A stretch of 58,786 nt of DNA, counting the filler, from Trypethelium eluteriae (taxonomy: Eukaryota), in assembly GCA_051942245.1 (NCBI GenBank). It is 2 parts of 2 records of this genome, joined end to end, with 100 filler letters (N's around TTAATTAATTAA, not from the genome) between each part and the next. Parts side by side here need not be neighbours in the genome. Positions count along the whole stretch, not along the records: positions 29,456 to 58,786 come from JAVECL010000295.1; 1 more part is not named here. One strand, given 5' to 3'. A program made the position numbers and the translations under genes. A model generated the notes under the pieces. That model made no database searches. It was not told where the DNA came from and worked only from the letters and a program-made list of their open reading frames with translations. Numbering within the stretch: the first letter of the stretch is position 1; every line of letters starts with the position of its first letter. This document shows positions 34,147-46,487 of the stretch, piece after piece.

Positions 34147-35403
34147 TAGTATCTTTCAAAATTGAACTTGTTCTATTGGCTTCAACCAATCAGCGCGTTG
34201 TTTTATGAGATCGTTTCAAGTACCATTCTTGCAAAAAGTTCTCACTATCGTTATCTTGAATATTTAGCATAACCGTTGGAAACCCCCTCGCTTACTTTGT
34301 GAAGGTCCATTGGGCGGGAAGGATCAGCCTTAGGTCGTCAGAGTAATACAATAATAATACATTTGCCATCATACAGCGCAGAAAGACATCATGTGTCTTG
34401 GACACTATTTTGAGCCATAGTATTTCTCTATCTCCATAAGCTGGTGTGTCCCGAGCCAGCGATTCTTCATGGTTGGAGTGAGAACGAGAAGACGCTTGCC
34501 TTCTCTCTTGTCGATAATGTGGCAGCACTGATGATGTAAGACAAGTCGCTTAAAAGTCTGTTGAGTGTATAACCGGCTAGCATCCGCAGATGCAGCTCTG
34601 AAAACATCCAGCTATAGCGTTGCTAAATAACAAGGATGACGACCACTCATCGCCCCGCAGAATGCGTGAGCACCTAGTGGGCAATCCTCCCGAAAATAGA
34701 CAACGTCGGCTCCCCGCCACCTTTTTGACGATGTTCGATGCGCCCGGTGAGAGAAAAATTAGATTCTTGTTGAGGATACAAGACAGAATGTTGACAGGGA
34801 AGCAGACTGGTCTTGAATGTTGGGGCAATTTAGACATTCATTCACGGTGTACGCGAATCTTAATTCCCAGCCTGCCAGGTAAGTAACATGAAAACGTCAT
34901 TGAGGTCATAAGTACAACAACAGACATTAGGCAACGACCAAATGTTACAATAGTACATACCCCAGTGGACACATATAATCGTACATGAGCTGAAGCAGAC
35001 GTGACATGTTCGCCTGCTAAACCTAGAGAACCTATCCATAGCAACGATGACCATATTGCAAACTCCTAGGTACTTGCTGAATGTGATACAGATAGATGTC
35101 GCATGTCGAACCCCTCCAGAATTACGCTCGCCTGAGATGCCAAAACCATGGAACCACCAAAATCACAAAAAGAAAGGCCATTTGACATGCAAGAGTGTGT
35201 GTGTGATAACGGAAACGACGAAAGAGATATCGACGAGAATAGAGCAATGGTCAGCAAATGGAGGCAAAAGTAGTGAGAACCCAAAGCCTGATTACCCTTC
35301 CAACGGAAAAACCAAGACAAGGCGCGGTAGTGATGATCTTAATGATCTTGCGACAGCTTAGGTCCTGTCGTTGCCCTTCTCACGTGCAGAGTGGCTTCTG
35401 CAT

Positions 35404-38400
35404 TCATCCCGCAGTTGCGGGCCGGATGGTCAAGTTTGAGGGTCGTACAAAAATGCTCTGCGTCGGAGTCCTGTTGTCGCGACGATCGTTCTTTGACTCC
35501 TCTCTATCTCCCTTTGGAGTCTGTGCTCGACTGTCTTTTGAAGTGTCTGCCCTGCTGTCCCTACTTGAGTCCTCCACACTGATACTACCTTCGACGACCT
35601 TCTTGACCACCTTACCCCAAGCTCCTTCAGGTTCGATGCTCTCCTTCTTAAGTGTCTGCTTATCCTGCGCTTCCACCATGCGTGCATTGGGAAGTTCTTC
35701 AACGGACACTTCGATATCCGTGCCAGCACTCCACTCCCGATCCTCTTCCTTCTTTTGCAAGCGCTTGCCATTACTGTTGCTCAAATGACGGAAGAAACCG
35801 CTGCTCTTGACCCAGAGGTGACGGAGACGGTCAACGAACTTGTGCGCACGCGAAGGTATCGGAGGTACAGGAGTGGAAGAACGTGCGGACGGAGATACGG
35901 TTGTCTTGTTGGGTTCCTGTGATTGCTTCGGGGCATGATCCTGCCTCTCAGAGTTTGACACAACGTGCGCGAATTCCTCCTTTTGTGGTTCCGGCGAATT
36001 TGCACGGGTTTCAAAGTTCGGACTAGTCGCAGCACGTTGCATCGCATCGTGGGGGCTTTGCCTTGGCGTTCGACAGTCGTCCGCAGATCGTGTACGCCGT
36101 TTTGAGGCAGCCGTGGGGGTGGGAACGGCAGCTGGGACAGCTTTCAGTTTCAAATCTATCTTAGGCACTGGTGGGACATCTGTTTTGAGTGCATTGCCAG
36201 ATGGCGATCGAACTCGTGAACGGAGGTGTGTGGTTAGTCGTTTGCCTAGACTTGGACGATCGCGACGGTTCTTTCGGCTCTGGGATCCGCCATTGATGCT
36301 ACTGTCGTCACTGAAGAAACTGCGAACTTCTGAAAGATTGAACGCGGAAGGAGGAGATAGGGCAGACGTTGGATATCTGTCACCGGGATTCACTGGCGAG
36401 TGAGAAAGGTCCTCCTGTAGTGGAGCTTGTTCCGGTGTAAATTGATCGGAGACAGAGAGAACAGTGGGCAAAGCGGCAAAACCATTCATGCTCGGCATGA
36501 CTGGATGGGAAGCCAGTGGACTTTGATGTCGAAAATTCGGCGTGCTGATGTTGCGCTTGACAATCTTTTTGGTCGTCGAAGGAACACCGAATAACTTGAT
36601 CTTCAATGATCCCAGCAAACCGGATTTGGCAGGCCTGGTGGGTTGATGCTCGAGTTTCACTTGTTCACCTACTAGATGATTCTGTGAAGGCTTGGGCGTG
36701 TTGGCAAAACGGGGTGTTAGAACATTGCGTGTTGGAGATGATAGGAGTTCTCGTTCGCTGCCAGAACTTGAGATAGAGCCATGCTGGCGTAGCCGAGAAG
36801 GTCTACAGGAAGATGGCTCCCAGCGATGTGTTGGTAGGGGTAAGGCAATATCAATCGGAGGAACCGAATCATCCCACGGGTAGCTTTCTTCAAGATTCCA
36901 TGGCCGGTTGAATGGAGAAGAACGATGCTGAAACGAGCGATGTGAGCCGCGTGTGATCAATTGGTCGTGTGGAGACACTGGAAGGCCAGAAAGCTCTGCC
37001 ATGCTTCGCGGCTTATGTGTTAATGAAGCCGATGCGTCAAGGGTAGCGAGGCTTTCGTGACTCTTGACTGCACTAGAAGGCCGGCCTAGTCCATCTTGAG
37101 CTCTACCATTTCCTTCCTTCAAGTCTGGCAGGGGAGGAAGATCTTTCATAAGGTTCGGGGTAGAGTCCGCGATGAATGGCGAAGTAGCCTTCTGTATCAT
37201 GTCGGTGGAAGTACCTGTGGTAGGCCCTCCTGCTTCGTCCATTTTAGTGGGAGAAGATTTATTAGGCGTTCGACGATCGCCCAGAAGGCGAATGTCTTCA
37301 ATTGTCTGTGTGATGGCCTCTTCATCATCCAGAACATGCTCCCAGGATTTATGGTTCCGCAGAGAGGGCATGAGGCGGGACAATCGGGCTGTGAGAGGAT
37401 TGACTGATGGAATCGAAAGCCGATCTATCTCATACATGAGTTCCACTGGAGAAACGGTTCTCTTCAATCTGGGAACGGCACTGGAGGAACTATCATTTTC
37501 TCCACTGCTTCCACTTGTATCTTCGGCCTGCCCCTCGTCTCCTTGGTCTTCAGATTCGTCCTCCGCTGCAAAGAAACTCTTGTATCGTTCTCGTATAGCA
37601 CCCGGAGACAGCGCTCTTTCCGGAACCGGGGCGTGAATACCACTATATGATTTTGATCTGCGCGTATCCAAAGAACGAGAAGTGCGATCACGAGCTTCAA
37701 GCGCTTCGTTGAGCTTCGAGATCAAATCCAAGCGACTGAAATTCAGCGAAGGAATAGTTCGCGTTTCTGCCATTGGTTTCGGCATTGCCGGCATGCTCGG
37801 ACGTGCAGACTGGCGCGAGGAGTTGTTTCTCGTCATAGGTGATATGTCAGATCGACTTCTTGGTCTCGATTTGGGCTGTTTGCGGTTTGCATGCCACGGC
37901 ATCGGGAACTTGAAGCTGCTGAGATCAGTAGTGCTGACATCTTCTCTCGACTCCTCTCTAACATCAGGCAGATGATCGTCTTGCGTACATCCCTGTGACA
38001 GCCTCTTGAATGTTTCGGATTCATTTACGGCCGAAAATGGCCGAGTCTGTGACCTTCGAGCATTGAAGAATTCAGTCATGGTTCTGCCTCCATTTTGGAT
38101 CGGCTCCATAGGCTTGATAACATCTTCAAGGATCTTCACAGTTGGTTTTTTGGAAGTAGTGGAATCTGAAACTTGAGTAGAGAAGCTTGTCTCCCCAATG
38201 ATTGCTGTGCCGGGACTACCTTCAGAGCCCTCGTCCTCTTCGTGGTATTTAGCTGGTGCTCTGCCAAGTTTCTTTTGATCCGTAGACTTCGATACATTGA
38301 CATCGACTTTCGGTACGTTCAGGGCGTTCTGTGAAGAGGCTGGCCCGACGTTCTGAGATGTTGTGGTGGTCAATTTGACGGTAGTTGTTGGCGTTGAAGG

Positions 38401-40200
38401 TAGACTTTCGGAATGATTCTTGAGGTCTTCTGTTGGGGACGACTTATGATAAGATTCTGTCTCTGGCGGAGCACTTATGGTGACTTTGGTAGAAGTCTGC
38501 TTCTCCATCGGCCGGTTTATCATGGAGGCATCTTTTGTTTCATGCGCTCGAGGCTCATTCCCGCTAGTGGCCTTTGTGGTGCTATAAGAAATGTCTTGGA
38601 CATTTGTGGGTATTTGTGGAGCAGATGGTGGAAGTGAGAACCTGACTGTCAAGTCACCACTCCCTTGTGTGGGTGAGTCACCATCCCAAACGGACGAAGG
38701 ACCATCAGTGAAGGTGCTTTCTTTCAATTCGGTAGAGCTGTCTTCTTGCTGAACTGATTTTTCATCCTGCAGGAATGAGGAGTGAAGGAGAGAAGCAGAT
38801 CCAGCCAACGATCCTTGCGTACTGATGGACGTTTTGCGAGCTTTTTTCTGGCTCCTTTCATCAACGGTGGATGTGCTGGTGCCCAGTCCCTTCGTTTCGT
38901 CGGCATCATCGAATGAGTTTTCAAGAGCAGCCGTGACCATGTCTCGTGTGATTCTATTGGACGCGGGTGAAGATTCTGGCAGCGCAAACGTAGCAGCAAT
39001 CTCTGATGCGCTAGGAGTAGTGTCGAGTTCCGAAGCTTCTACCGTCTTTTGAGAATCTTGTTCGAGTTGTTTTCGCTTGGTTTCATTTTGTCCAGCTTTC
39101 TCTTCGATGATTGTCCGAATACGATGAACGAAACCTGCTGCCAAAGCTGAGGATTCATCTTCGCCGGAAGGATCAGTTGTGGAGAATTCCTCAGTGTAGT
39201 CATAGTACGTTGTTGGAGAATTCATTATGCTTTGATCGTAGTGAAGAGGTGACGATGGAATTCCGACCATCACCGAACTGCCTTGTCTGAGATCTCGTGG
39301 TGTGGGCGGCAGAGGGGAGGGAGGAGGGGAGGAAGAGCCTTGGTCACGCTGCAAGCGAGGTAAAGGTAGGCGTTCTCTTTCCTGCAGTACTGGTGCCGAT
39401 CTCATCGGCTGCGGGCCGCGAGGGAGCTGGGCGAGGTCGGCAGAGGGGATCGGTGGAGGTGAAATCGTGCCAACGCGGCGGCCGTGGTGGGATCGAATGG
39501 CATCCATACGATTCGCTGCGTAGGCATAGTGTCCACTCACGTCGCTGAAAGTCGGAGAATCAGTACGTTGGTGAGACCGTCGAACCCGCACTGGATACTT
39601 GTAAACAGACTGCGGGGATAAATTCATTGACCGATCAGGAGGTCCTTGGCTTCTGAGACTCGTGAGCGACCGTTGAGTTGGCAAGCCATGCAATGGGCGG
39701 GATGTGTTTGTCATTGAATACGAGCGAATTTCACCCCCGGCCACACGAGGAGGCATGGGCAACCCTCGAGGTATATGTTGTCGGCTTGGCGAACTGAAGA
39801 ACAGCGGAGCCGGATGAAGACCACGTGGAGGACCACGAAGCATGCCTTGAGGATGAGGATTGACGGATCGATAGCTTCTGGATGTTTGAGATGCGCTGGT
39901 GCTGTTTATAGAGGAGCCAGCTGAACGTTGAGTCCCGCTCCTCCTGTGAGCCGGCCGAGGCACTGTGGGCATACGAGCTGATGGTGAGGTGATCGATCCC
40001 AAATCACCGACTTCAGTGGACGCACGAAGCATAGACATGACCCCAGGAGCGTTGTAAGCATCTCTTTCGGATGAAGCTCGATTAGAGTATACTTTAGTCG
40101 GATCAGAGCCAGCAGAGAGATTTGAAGCTCGGCTCGAGCGACCGGTGAGATTGGGATCGAGCTGAGAGAGAGGCATTGTGCCGCCTCGAGAGCTTGACAC
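35404..40200 (-). CDS. Large Ser/Pro/Arg-rich, probably disordered hypothetical protein (~1590 aa)
   Basis: 4.8-kb uninterrupted ORF. The first ATG is at 40176 and an upstream exon is possible. Short motif-like islands such as RPWNLEESYPW and NPGDRYPTSAL..EVRSFFSDDSS. Confidence 0.8.
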   Translation of the reverse strand: MSSSRGGTMPLSQLDPNLTGRSSRASNLSAGSDPTKVYSNRASSERDAYNAPGVMSMLRASTEVGDLGSITSPSARMPTVPRPAHRRSGTQRSAGSSINSTSASQTSRSYRSVNPHPQGMLRGPPRGLHPAPLFFSSPSRQHIPRGLPMPPRVAGGEIRSYSMTNTSRPLHGLPTQRSLTSLRSQGPPDRSMNLSPQSVYKYPVRVRRSHQRTDSPTFSDVSGHYAYAANRMDAIRSHHGRRVGTISPPPIPSADLAQLPRGPQPMRSAPVLQERERLPLPRLQRDQGSSSPPPSPLPPTPRDLRQGSSVMVGIPSSPLHYDQSIMNSPTTYYDYTEEFSTTDPSGEDESSALAAGFVHRIRTIIEEKAGQNETKRKQLEQDSQKTVEASELDTTPSASEIAATFALPESSPASNRITRDMVTAALENSFDDADETKGLGTSTSTVDERSQKKARKTSISTQGSLAGSASLLHSSFLQDEKSVQQEDSSTELKESTFTDGPSSVWDGDSPTQGSGDLTVRFSLPPSAPQIPTNVQDISYSTTKATSGNEPRAHETKDASMINRPMEKQTSTKVTISAPPETESYHKSSPTEDLKNHSESLPSTPTTTVKLTTTTSQNVGPASSQNALNVPKVDVNVSKSTDQKKLGRAPAKYHEEDEGSEGSPGTAIIGETSFSTQVSDSTTSKKPTVKILEDVIKPMEPIQNGGRTMTEFFNARRSQTRPFSAVNESETFKRLSQGCTQDDHLPDVREESREDVSTTDLSSFKFPMPWHANRKQPKSRPRSRSDISPMTRNNSSRQSARPSMPAMPKPMAETRTIPSLNFSRLDLISKLNEALEARDRTSRSLDTRRSKSYSGIHAPVPERALSPGAIRERYKSFFAAEDESEDQGDEGQAEDTSGSSGENDSSSSAVPRLKRTVSPVELMYEIDRLSIPSVNPLTARLSRLMPSLRNHKSWEHVLDDEEAITQTIEDIRLLGDRRTPNKSSPTKMDEAGGPTTGTSTDMIQKATSPFIADSTPNLMKDLPPLPDLKEGNGRAQDGLGRPSSAVKSHESLATLDASASLTHKPRSMAELSGLPVSPHDQLITRGSHRSFQHRSSPFNRPWNLEESYPWDDSVPPIDIALPLPTHRWEPSSCRPSRLRQHGSISSSGSERELLSSPTRNVLTPRFANTPKPSQNHLVGEQVKLEHQPTRPAKSGLLGSLKIKLFGVPSTTKKIVKRNISTPNFRHQSPLASHPVMPSMNGFAALPTVLSVSDQFTPEQAPLQEDLSHSPVNPGDRYPTSALSPPSAFNLSEVRSFFSDDSSINGGSQSRKNRRDRPSLGKRLTTHLRSRVRSPSGNALKTDVPPVPKIDLKLKAVPAAVPTPTAASKRRTRSADDCRTPRQSPHDAMQRAATSPNFETRANSPEPQKEEFAHVVSNSERQDHAPKQSQEPNKTTVSPSARSSTPVPPIPSRAHKFVDRLRHLWVKSSGFFRHLSNSNGKRLQKKEEDREWSAGTDIEVSVEELPNARMVEAQDKQTLKKESIEPEGAWGKVVKKVVEGSISVEDSSRDSRADTSKDSRAQTPKGDREESKNDRRDNRTPTQSIFVRPSNLTIRPATAG

Positions 40201-41049
40201 TGGTGCGATGATAGATCAAATGAAGGTGATTCTTGACAGTGAGCGCGAGTAGTTTTAGGACAGACGAAAATTTGAGGGGAAGCCAGAGGGTGAATCTTGG
40301 TGACAGAATGAGAGAGAGATGGGAAAGAAGGCAGATAGGAGTAAGAATTGCTTCAAAGCTGAGTGCCGTATGTGTAGGAAACGACAATGTTGACATCGAG
40401 ACTACCACCGAATCTCAAGTGTGGGAAGTCAGAGCCATACAGATCACAATGTGATGGAAAGTAAGGCTCGAAGAGCAGAAAGCGCTGGTGCGACGTGGGA
40501 TCGTACAAGTAGTGACGAGGTGCCTACCTCCTGAAGTAGGCAGTTGCGGAAAGTGGCAGCCGTCCCGATGCAGTTTCCATAGATGGATGCTAGGGAACTT
40601 AGTGCCACGATTATGCAGAAGACGATGGAAATTGATCGCAAATGTCAACGTACCGATGGAGATATCTCCGAGTCAATCCGTCTCTTAATGCCAGACAACG
40701 TCGTTTAAAAGGTGATTGCAGACCAAAGAGACATCTTCGCGCAAAGAAGACTTATGAAGTTTCAGAAGATCCGCATTAGCTCAATTAAACATAAGAAATT
40801 AAATGCTGATAAGCCGACCTGTATAGTACATTGGGCATCAGTAATACATGTCTAGAACCGAAACAATAAGCTTGAGCCAAAGCCAAAGGATGAAGTAACG
40901 CCTTTAATGCTCCAATGAGCTCCTGCACAATGGGGACAACAACACTCGTCGGGTATCAGGATAGCCCAGCGTACAAGCAAAGAAAAACAACGTCGCTTTC
41001 GTAAATTCTTTAAACACAACGGCCAGGCCAATTGACAGCATGGCCTTCA

Positions 41050-42779
41050 TCAACCTTCATCAACCTTGCCGAGCGGGTTGAGGTTGCGTTTGCCCTGTTT
41101 CCTTTGCCGCTGGAAGAAGTCCTTGACGCTCCCCAAGCTTGATTTCTTCCTTAAGGGTGTCGTCGTCGAGGAACGCTGGCGGTCGATGATCGATAAGGGA
41201 GCTACGGAATTACTATGAATCGGCATCGTGACACTGCTCCTTATCGAAGCAGCCGATGGAGTGAGGGGCGCTGAGGCAATGGGGAATAATGCAAGAGGAG
41301 TGGCAGGGCGTGTAGGAGACGACAAAATAGATTCGGGTGACTTCATCGACCCATAGTCCTTTTTATTATCGGATCCCGAAGAATAGGCGGAGTCAATGGC
41401 GGTAGGCGATTCTTTCTGCTCCTGGTTACGCTTGACCGACAATCTTCGACCGAGCGCATTTATTGAATTCTTCCTGCTAGCTTTTTCTACGACGCTATCA
41501 GCCGGCATTTCTACACGAGGAGTCTGCGGTGGACGGTGCGTATTGAATCGCCTTGCAAGTTCTGACTTCTTCTTAATATCCGTGATCTGGACTTGGTTGG
41601 GAACTTGTTGACCGTGCGTCGTTCTTCTGATTGGAGGGTGTGGAATGTCTCTTGGCTGTTCCCATCGACGTTCCGGCATATAAGTGCTATGGGAAAGGGT
41701 TGCCTCGACAGCAGGTCTGACAAGATCAGGATCCCGAGGAAGCGGTTTGTTTGGGATCGTCGATTTTGGTGCGTAGCGGGACCTTGGTGGAGGACTATTG
41801 ATGCGGCCTATCCTTGGACTCGCTGGTTCACTCGTCACCTGTGGCTAGTGAATTTAGTATCAATCTTCGTTCGGCCGGATAGCGGTAGCCCTACCTTGTT
41901 TCGTCTACTTGCAATGCCAGCCCGCTTCGACATGTCGTTAACAATGCTACCCAGCCGTACCATGGTTACCTCCAACGAGTTCCCTTTCATTTGAAGATCG
42001 CCGAAAGCCCGGATCCAGCCCTCAACGTTCTCCTGCATCACATGGTATGTGCTAGTCAGATCTTCGTTGTTATGAGCCCAGTCATAGCCAAGAGATTCGA
42101 GATACTTTCTGAGCTCCGTCGTGGCTGTTATGCCTGATTTCACATCGAGAAGACTGTCGTTCATCGCTCGAGCTGTCCGCTTAACTATTGCTTCAATTTT
42201 CTCATTGCCGTCAAGAATGGATGTCCGGAATTTTTTATCATCGAGCATGACATCAAATACGTCTATGTGTTCGAGGGGGAGCTTTAGGTAGCGGATGCGT
42301 TCCGCAATGTCTTTCATGGCGAGGTCGAAATCTTCATGCGACTTTTCAAGGAAGCTGTCGATCTCGTTCACATGTGTATGTAATATCTTAACCACCTCCT
42401 CGTCTGATTTGGCCAGTTGTTGATGCAGGAGGTGCATGCCGAAAGTGATTTGTGCAACAAGCTTCCACAGGGGATGAAACTTGGCAGAAGGCTTTTGGTT
42501 CCAGCGCGATGTATTCCTGTTGTCCCTCTCGTCTCCATCTAACAGTCTTTTCCTTCGAGTGACAGGGTCTGCTTTATCTTGCTTGGACTCGGTTCGTGAG
42601 CTATCCTGTTCCGCCGATTCAAGTATAGACTCCTCGAAAGCACCTTGCATGACCGCTACAGGATGCACTGGAGGCTGGTCTAAAGTAATGATCTGTGGGT
42701 CGTCTTCCAATTGCGCATTTTCCAGGGCCACGACGATTTTCTCTTCCTCTTCCTCTTCGCCCACGCATTGAAGAGCCAT
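41050..42779 (-). CDS. Hypothetical protein with helical/coiled-coil N-terminal domain and low-complexity tail
   Basis: Two ORFs joined in frame by intron 41839-41894; FHPLWKLVAQITFGMHLL..RIRYLKLPLEH. Confidence 0.78.
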
Positions 42780-43586
42780 GTCGAAGCTTGCGAGCGTAGA
42801 GTTACTGGCAGAATAATTGAGCAGGAAGATATATTACGGGGGAGAGATCCAGAGTAAAAGGGTCAGGGTCGATTAGGCGGAGGGCAGCTGATAAGCGCCG
42901 ATCGTGTTGGTTTTTTCGCTTTTTTCTACGACCAGGCGAAGCTATCGTCGGAACGGTGGAGAGCTTCCGTCAGAGGCGCCAGGACTTCCGCATGTTTACG
43001 GGAGAGAATCGCTCAGTAGAGCCCTTCCAAATGCAATGAGAGGAGGGAGCAAGAGAGGGAGCTTGTCTACGGCTCGAGCTGACGAGAATAACAGCGGCTG
43101 TGAGGAGAAGCGTGCATATGTAGTATGTAATTAGGGTACAGAGTAGTCAGGCTGAATCGAGACGGCCCCGAGTCAAACGCGGTTCAAACGCAGTCAAACA
43201 ACGGTCTCTTTTGATTCGACCATGGTTGCGCCTCGCGTGTCCCCGAACAATGGTATTTGACGGTATTTTTAGGGAGCACTCCCCGTTCGTTTCGATGACG
43301 GCCCGCAGCCACAGAGCCCCAGAGACCCAGAGCCACAGCGAACGGTGCTGGGATGGCATGGACGGGCTGACAGAGCCAGCTCGATTCGGTATCGGTCCTC
43401 GCTCGTCGCCGAATAAAGCCCCAGCACCACCAAGGTGATCAACATCCCTCGTGGAATCACTTCCGCCCTTGGTCGCGTCCAATCGTGATCAGCCCTATAC
43501 ATCCATCTATTCTTCGGTCGCGCCTGCTTTCACTTGAAATCATCGCGGGCTGAGCTTTCTCGTTTCGGGCCCTGATCACCTCCAGA

Positions 43587-44912
43587 ATGCCTCCAGGAAG
43601 ACCTCCGAACACAGCCAATTCGACCTCTCCGTCATCCCAACCTCCCATGTCCAGCAACAACAACAATGTTGCTGCGCGTACCATCTCAACAACAGAGTCA
43701 AATCGAACTAACGGAGTATCTGATGGACGGAATACCACTGGTGACGGCAACGCGGCGAATGCTCCCAAAGCTATTCTCGCAAAGGTTGGCGATCGCGTTA
43801 CCGAGCTTCTCCAAACACTCAAGAAAGAACACCCTGCCATATCATTGAAGGGCGAGCTCAAACTTGACTTTGGCACAGGTCCGGATGGAGCCTTTAATCT
43901 TTCTTTAGATAATGCGCCCACTGCAGGACCAAATGTTGGTATATTTAAAAGACACATGGGTCCAAATGGAAGCTCGCTGCAGTTCCAATCTACTTCGACA
44001 GTTTCGCGTGAGCCTGTCGCAACTACCCAGCATCTAGGTAAACATCCGAGAGAAACAGATGCATCGGGAGGTGCCGACACTTCTACTGAGAAACGTCCGA
44101 GGATCGTATCTGAGCCACCAAGACCTGAATCTCCTCCGCCGTCCTTGCCAGATGACCTCTTATCCGATGACGCGCCAGCCGCTCTTCTTAGCTTGCTGCA
44201 ATGGCAAAAGCGGAGAGTCCAAGATCATACTTCCGCAGGTACAACCAAGCTCGAAAGACTTATCGTCGACTGGCGTGAGCAGTGGCGTGAGCAAGGTGGT
44301 TGGATGTACGACTTTTTCAAGAGAGCGCACGATGATGAGGTTGCAAAGAAGGCATGGATGGAACGCATGTTCAAAGATGTGGAAAGCCGCGTCGGTGCTG
44401 TCATGCAGTCGTACCATGTCACAGCAAGCTCTGATCTGGCCGTGAAACATAGTCAAGTTCTCGTAGAGTTTCAGCGATTGAAAGAGGATATTCGGTGGCT
44501 TGACGATAGGCGAGCCGCAGCTAATACGCAGCATGATCGTCGAGAAGAAACATGGCGATCATCATCTGCGACGTTTCATGACACTGCCCACAAAAATCGT
44601 GAAGTTTCTGAGAAGTGGGTTGTACAAGAACTCAAGGCGCAACGCGAGGGAAGCATGCGCATTACGGATATGCTTCTTGATGTTTGCAGAGAGATCAAAG
44701 GCAGAGACTATGAATTGCCCCCTGTGCCGACTCCGAGTCCCGTAGTAACCCGACCGCCAGCTTTCGAAACGCAGTTAAGAGAAGCGGCTGAAAAAAGTAA
44801 AGACCCAGTACTGGTGGATCTTACAAACCCAACAGAGAAAAGCCGCTCCGATTCGGAAGCTCAAACTTCAAGTGGCCATTCCGAAGCACGGACGGCCTCG
44901 GAAGGCACCTGA
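43587..44912 (+). CDS. Hypothetical protein, 441 aa
   Basis: Single long ATG-initiated ORF with a helical, Trp-containing C-terminal half (WREQWREQGGWMYDFF; ETWRSSSATFHD). Confidence 0.72.
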   Translation: MPPGRPPNTANSTSPSSQPPMSSNNNNVAARTISTTESNRTNGVSDGRNTTGDGNAANAPKAILAKVGDRVTELLQTLKKEHPAISLKGELKLDFGTGPDGAFNLSLDNAPTAGPNVGIFKRHMGPNGSSLQFQSTSTVSREPVATTQHLGKHPRETDASGGADTSTEKRPRIVSEPPRPESPPPSLPDDLLSDDAPAALLSLLQWQKRRVQDHTSAGTTKLERLIVDWREQWREQGGWMYDFFKRAHDDEVAKKAWMERMFKDVESRVGAVMQSYHVTASSDLAVKHSQVLVEFQRLKEDIRWLDDRRAAANTQHDRREETWRSSSATFHDTAHKNREVSEKWVVQELKAQREGSMRITDMLLDVCREIKGRDYELPPVPTPSPVVTRPPAFETQLREAAEKSKDPVLVDLTNPTEKSRSDSEAQTSSGHSEARTASEGT

Positions 44913-44943
44913 TTCGTCTAGTGATCTTCACCTATCTATATCC

Positions 44944-46487
44944 TTACCAGCCTCTCCATCGCACCCAAACATCTTGAACCACATCTGGATCCTCACTCTC
45001 AGAGTCTACTATGAGATACCAACCAAAGCCTGAGCCAGCGACGCAGGCATGATTAGGCCACAGCATCAACTTATCACCTATCTTTAATCTACGCATGCTT
45101 TGCTCTTGGCCTTCCCATGTAAGGATCCCGTGCTCTTGGCTTATCTTGCCTACGATCCATCCTGTCCGGTCTTCTTCCCCGTAGACCGGTCCAGATGCAG
45201 GACTTGACGAGTTATCCTGCCAAGATGTCACGACGCCCCAGCCTGGGTAGCTTTTGCAGGGTTCCCGACCAAGAGCCAGTGTTCCTGCTGCGATCAATGC
45301 CTGGGGCTTTTCCCGATCGTCGTATACACTTGAAACTTCTACCAGGATGCGGAGTCCGAGACTTGCCGTGGACAGGTATGTCGACACTTCTTCCTGTGTG
45401 GAGGGCCGGGCTCGTGTTGCTAACTGTTGAAGATCCAGGATGGGATATACACCCGCATGCAACTCTATCTCATAATCTTCTTTCATTTGCTGAATGACTC
45501 TTTTCACCATTTGAGCTCTCGCATCCGTACCTCCTGCCAGTATGTTCTGGGCTGCTGTCGCGGTTGGTGTGGCTCCAACGGTAATGATCAATCTTTTACT
45601 GGCGACGTCTTTTCCCCCTGCCATCGCAGCTGCCTCTGCAGCTCCTGTGATCTCCGCCACCAGTCCGTCCAGAGCCTCAGCTGGCGAGCTGAAGCCATAG
45701 CTATGGCCCATATGACTATAAAAGCCTTGAAGTAGGAAATGGTCCTTATTCGATTCCAATTTTTCAATGATAGCTTTCATTCGAGAAGACTGTGGCTCCG
45801 CCCCGGCACGATGGTAGCCAGTGTCTACCTTGATGAATAAATGAATTGGTTTGGACCATACTGAGCTGGAAACTTGTCTCAGATGGTCTATGGTATCGGG
45901 ATGATCGAGCAAAACGCTGAGGCTCTCTGGACCGAGTTGTTTAGCCAACGCACCGAGACGCTGGAGACTGGATGGTGGAGGTGGCATGCCATAAAGCATC
46001 TTTGAGATATGGATCAGTAGCATTCTTCATAAGATACCCATATATGCAATTAGCTCTCCTTGATATCGTTTCAAACTACTCACACTGACTGATTTTCCGC
46101 GGCCCTTACTTTCCAGGAGAAATGGTAGTAATTGCTCTGCTTCCGCAACTGTCGAAACGACAAGGTTCACTTGCTTCGTGTCACCGACTTGAAGCTGGGT
46201 GATTTGTGTGGTCTCGTAGCTCCGTTAGCCTCCAGCTCATTGAGGTCTTTCCGATCAAAGACTCCCTTAGATCGACCGACCTTGTGCGTCTTTACGTGTG
46301 CTCTGAACCCGATATCTAAATGCTTTACAGCTTCAAGCATTGTCCCGCAATTCCTTCTGACAACCGCTGCGTCGATCACGGCAGCCGGGGGGTTAATATC
46401 CTTCAGATGGCAGCCTATAAATTGCTGTTTCACGGCCGCTTCTGTGGTATTTGGATAGAGCCAAGAAGAAGGCAGGAAGTTCGACAT
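44944..46487 (-). CDS. DSD1: D-serine dehydratase (fold-type III PLP enzyme), 3 exons
   Basis: PLP-lysine motif FRAHVKTHK, KVDTGYHRAG, YSHMGHSY, GATPT, ELHAGVY, SQEHG and metal-binding WPNHAC. Confidence 0.88.
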
